Source: Octopus sinensis (taxonomy: Eukaryota). From it: DNA of 64,000 bases. Positions 61,011 to 64,000 of the stretch are shown here, piece after piece. The notes under the pieces are model-generated. The model was given only the letters and a program-made list of their open reading frames with translations. It was not told the DNA's origin and did not search any database. Where the stretch lies: contig NC_043009.1 of NCBI RefSeq assembly GCF_006345805.1, positions 9,796,001-9,860,000 on the forward strand, in the 5' to 3' direction. Each line of letters starts with the position of its first letter. Position 1 is the stretch's first letter. The position numbers and the translations under genes were made by a program.

Positions 61011-63215
61011 CACACACACACACACATACACACAAGGGCTTCTTTCAATTTCTGCCTTGCAAATTCACTCACAAGATTTTGGTCAGCCTGGAGCTATAGT
61101 AGAAGACACTTGCCCAAAGTGCCATGCAGTGGGACTGAACCTGGAACCATGTGGTTAGGAAGCAAACTCCTTAATCACACAGCTACACCTATTTCAATAG
61201 ATATTATACTGGACTTCTGGCTCAAAGGTTGAATTCAAGTTACCTCTGGGCAAGATAAATTCTATATAAACTAGAAAAACAAAAATGAGTCCAAGCAAGA
61301 TTGTAGAGATCTATATTGGCAAAAATCAGTTGATGAAGTTCACACATTTGAATAAGATTCTATGCAGTCAAAAATAAATTCTTTTGTTCTAAAGAGAGAT
61401 TCAAAGTAGGTGCAGGTATGGGTGTGTGGTTAAGAATTTTGCTTCCTAACCATGTGGTCTTCAGTTCAGACCCACTGCGTGGTACTTTGGGCAAGTGTCT
61501 TCTATAACCCTGAGCAAACTGTAGTTTTGTGAGTAGATTTGGCAAACAGAAACTGAAAGAAGTGCATCATGGCCATTACCCCAGTATGGCCGCAGTCTAA
61601 TGACTGAAACAAGTAAAAAGGTAAAAAGGGTGGCTGTATGGTAAGTAGCTTGCTTACCAACCACATGGTTCCAGGTTCAGTCCCACTGGGTGGCACCTTG
61701 GGCAAGTGTCTTCTACTATAGCCTCGGGCTGACTAAAGCCTTGTGAGTGGATTTGGTAGACAGAAACTGAAAGAAGCCTGTCATATATATGTATGTGTGC
61801 ATATGTATATGTTTATGTGTCTGTGTTTGTCCCCACAACATCGCTTGACAACCGATGCTGGTGTGTTTACATCCCCATAACTTAGCGGTTCGGCAAAAGA
61901 GACCAATAGAATAAGTACTAGGCTTACAAAGAATAAGTGATGGGGTCGATTTGCTTGACTAAAGGTGGTGTTCCAGCATGGCCACAGTCAAATGACTGAA
62001 ACAAGTAAAAGAGTATGTGTGTGAGTGTGTGTATACCCATGTCTGGGCATCACATGATGGTTGTAAAGGAGCATTATCATCATACAAAATAAAGTTGTTG
62101 TTTCCAGTCTTCTGTAAAAAGCATGTCTAGTTATAGGAAAGGTGAGGAGTGGTGACACAAAGAAAGGGTATCCAACCATGGAAAAATTTGATTCAACAAA
62201 TTCCATCTGGCTATGCAATCATGGAAAAATGAACACTGACTGATGATGATGATTCAATTAAGTTTACTGTACAGACTTTTCTTGCAAGTTAGCATGACCT
62301 TTACTTGAATATTTGACAAAAAAAATTTTCAGTGGTAATAGACTAGTATTGTATATAATATTTACAGCGGGTCCTTGGATCGTAGAGTGACCCGCTGTTC
62401 TTGAGGAGACCTGTTGAGTCAAGTACATCAACATCAAAATAAAAATTCAAATGGAAATTGTAGTTAAGACACCCATGCTGGTGACACGTAAAAAGCACAG
62501 TCCGAACGTGGCAGACGCCAGCGCCACCAGACTGGCATCCGTGTTGGTGACACGTAAAAACACCAACTGATCTTGGTCGTTTGCCAGCCTCCCCTGGTAC
62601 CTGTGCTGGTGGCACGTAAAAAGCACCCACTACACTCACGGAGTGGTTGGCGTTAGGAAGGGCATCCAACTGTAGAAACTCTGCCAGATCAGACTAGAGC
62701 TGGTACAGCCTCCATGGCTTACCAGACCCCGGTCAAACCGTCCAACCCATGCTAGCATGGAAAACGGATGTTAAATGATGATGATGATGAGGAGGAGGAG
62801 GAGGATTCATCTAACACAACTAGAACCAACTTGATCAGCCCTTCTCATTGAGCGCTTCCCATACAGTAGTTTTATGCTTGCAAATGAGCATCTATTGAGG
62901 TGAAATGACAGATAAGATTAAGTAAAGGACAATAGTTCATAGGCCTTGTTTGTATTCTACTGCAGATGTTTTGTAGTTTTTGAGAGCAGATTTGTTTATT
63001 ATACTGCTTCACCATGGCCATGCACTAAATTTTATCACTTTCAGTTTTTGGTCTGCCTGAAACTCCAGAATAGGGCTTGTGAAAAAAAAAAACTTTTGTT
63101 GATTGACGAAGTAACTGTAGTTATAAGAATTTGAGAGAATTCAAGTAAATTATCATTTTTTAAAGTGGAACTTGAAGTAGATAAAGCTATAAAAAAGAGT
63201 GTAAGAAATAAAATA

Positions 63216-63781
63216 TTGGGTTGTCCGGAAAGTTCTCGCCGATTAATAGTAGCTTACCTTTTGAGTTATTTTAGAACATGGTTGAGTCCATAAAATAGGA
63301 TTTGACTACACCTCCATTTAGAGTACAGTTTAAACTATCTTTTCGTGGAAGAAGGTTTACATTCCTATAACCTGTGTTAATTCGCTAACCCTTTAAAATG
63401 GAAGATAAGAAAGTTCATTTTCAGCACTTGATGCTTTGGGAACCAGACAAAAATTGCTGCAGCTCAGCTGGGATGTGTTACCCCACCCTCCATATTCACC
63501 AGATATTGCTCCTTCGGATTTCGACTTATTCGGGTCTCTACAGAATAGTCTTAATGGTAAAAATTTCAATTCCTTGGATGACATAAAAAGATACCTTGAT
63601 GAATTCTTTGCCATGAAACCACCTCAATTCTGGGAAGAGGGTATTTTCAAGTTAAAGGAAAGATGGAGATGCATTGTGCAACAAAATGGTTCATATTTGG
63701 TTGATTAAAAATGTAATGGCAAGTATTTATTGACCTTTTTCTTTCCTTTAAAAATTGGCACGAACTTTCCAGACAAGCCAA
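63216..63781 (+). mobile_element. Internally deleted mariner element (566 bp)
   Basis: TA|TTGGGTTGTCCGGAAAGTTC ... GAACTTTCCAGACAAGCCAA|TA; N-terminal MEDKKVHF fused out of frame to HPPYSPDIAPSDF...NGSYLVD*. Confidence 0.92.
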
Positions 63782-64000
63782 TAGTATGTAGAATATTGGA
63801 CAAAAAAACCCCTTGGATGAAAAACACTCAAAGGCTGTCTTTTAAATTTTTCCATCCAAGGGGACTTTTTAACCCAATATTCTACACTCTCATTTATAAT
63901 TTTGTCTACTTTGAATTCTACCATAAAAATATGTATGACTACAGTTGTTTGAATATATCTGTAAACATTATGTCCCCTATGTTTATCCCTTTAGCATTCA

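Noticed and set aside
59700-64000. Further upstream Sac1 exons (expected ...NLLG.KEGE..LS.AF)
   Set aside because: No convincing match found by eye; the QEGED-like string near 60050 lacks flanking similarity and splice sites.

Overview
This is eukaryotic, AT-rich, repeat-saturated genomic DNA, very likely from an octopus (inferred from the SINE families and microsatellite style). The window holds the 3' ~70% of one synaptojanin gene (SYNJ1-like) on the minus strand. I assembled 20 phase-consistent GT-AG exons by hand (59673 down to 221; 2568 nt, 855 aa plus stop). They cover the end of the Sac1 domain, the whole inositol 5-phosphatase domain, the DUF1866/RRM-like domain and a short proline-rich tail. 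The 5' exons lie outside the window. The introns are almost entirely transposon-derived: a very young 5.27-kb Ty3/gypsy LTR element, a young CR1-type LINE, several RTE LINE fragments and one deletion derivative, a decayed long-TIR hAT-like DNA transposon, mariner remnants, piggyBac-, hAT- and Tc2-type MITEs, a non-autonomous Helitron, four SINE families and several Penelope-like (PLE) repeats. The most notable signal the ORF track does not show is a set of at least five different minimal hammerhead-ribozyme-like motifs in the PLE-like repeats. Their cores covary at the 3-8 base pair (C-G, U-A, G-C), and two families sit inside near-perfect 120-137 bp palindromes. There are no prokaryotic features (no CRISPR, no rRNA). 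Repeat boundaries are approximate unless a TSD or TIR is quoted. Family names come from memory of motifs, not from database searches.
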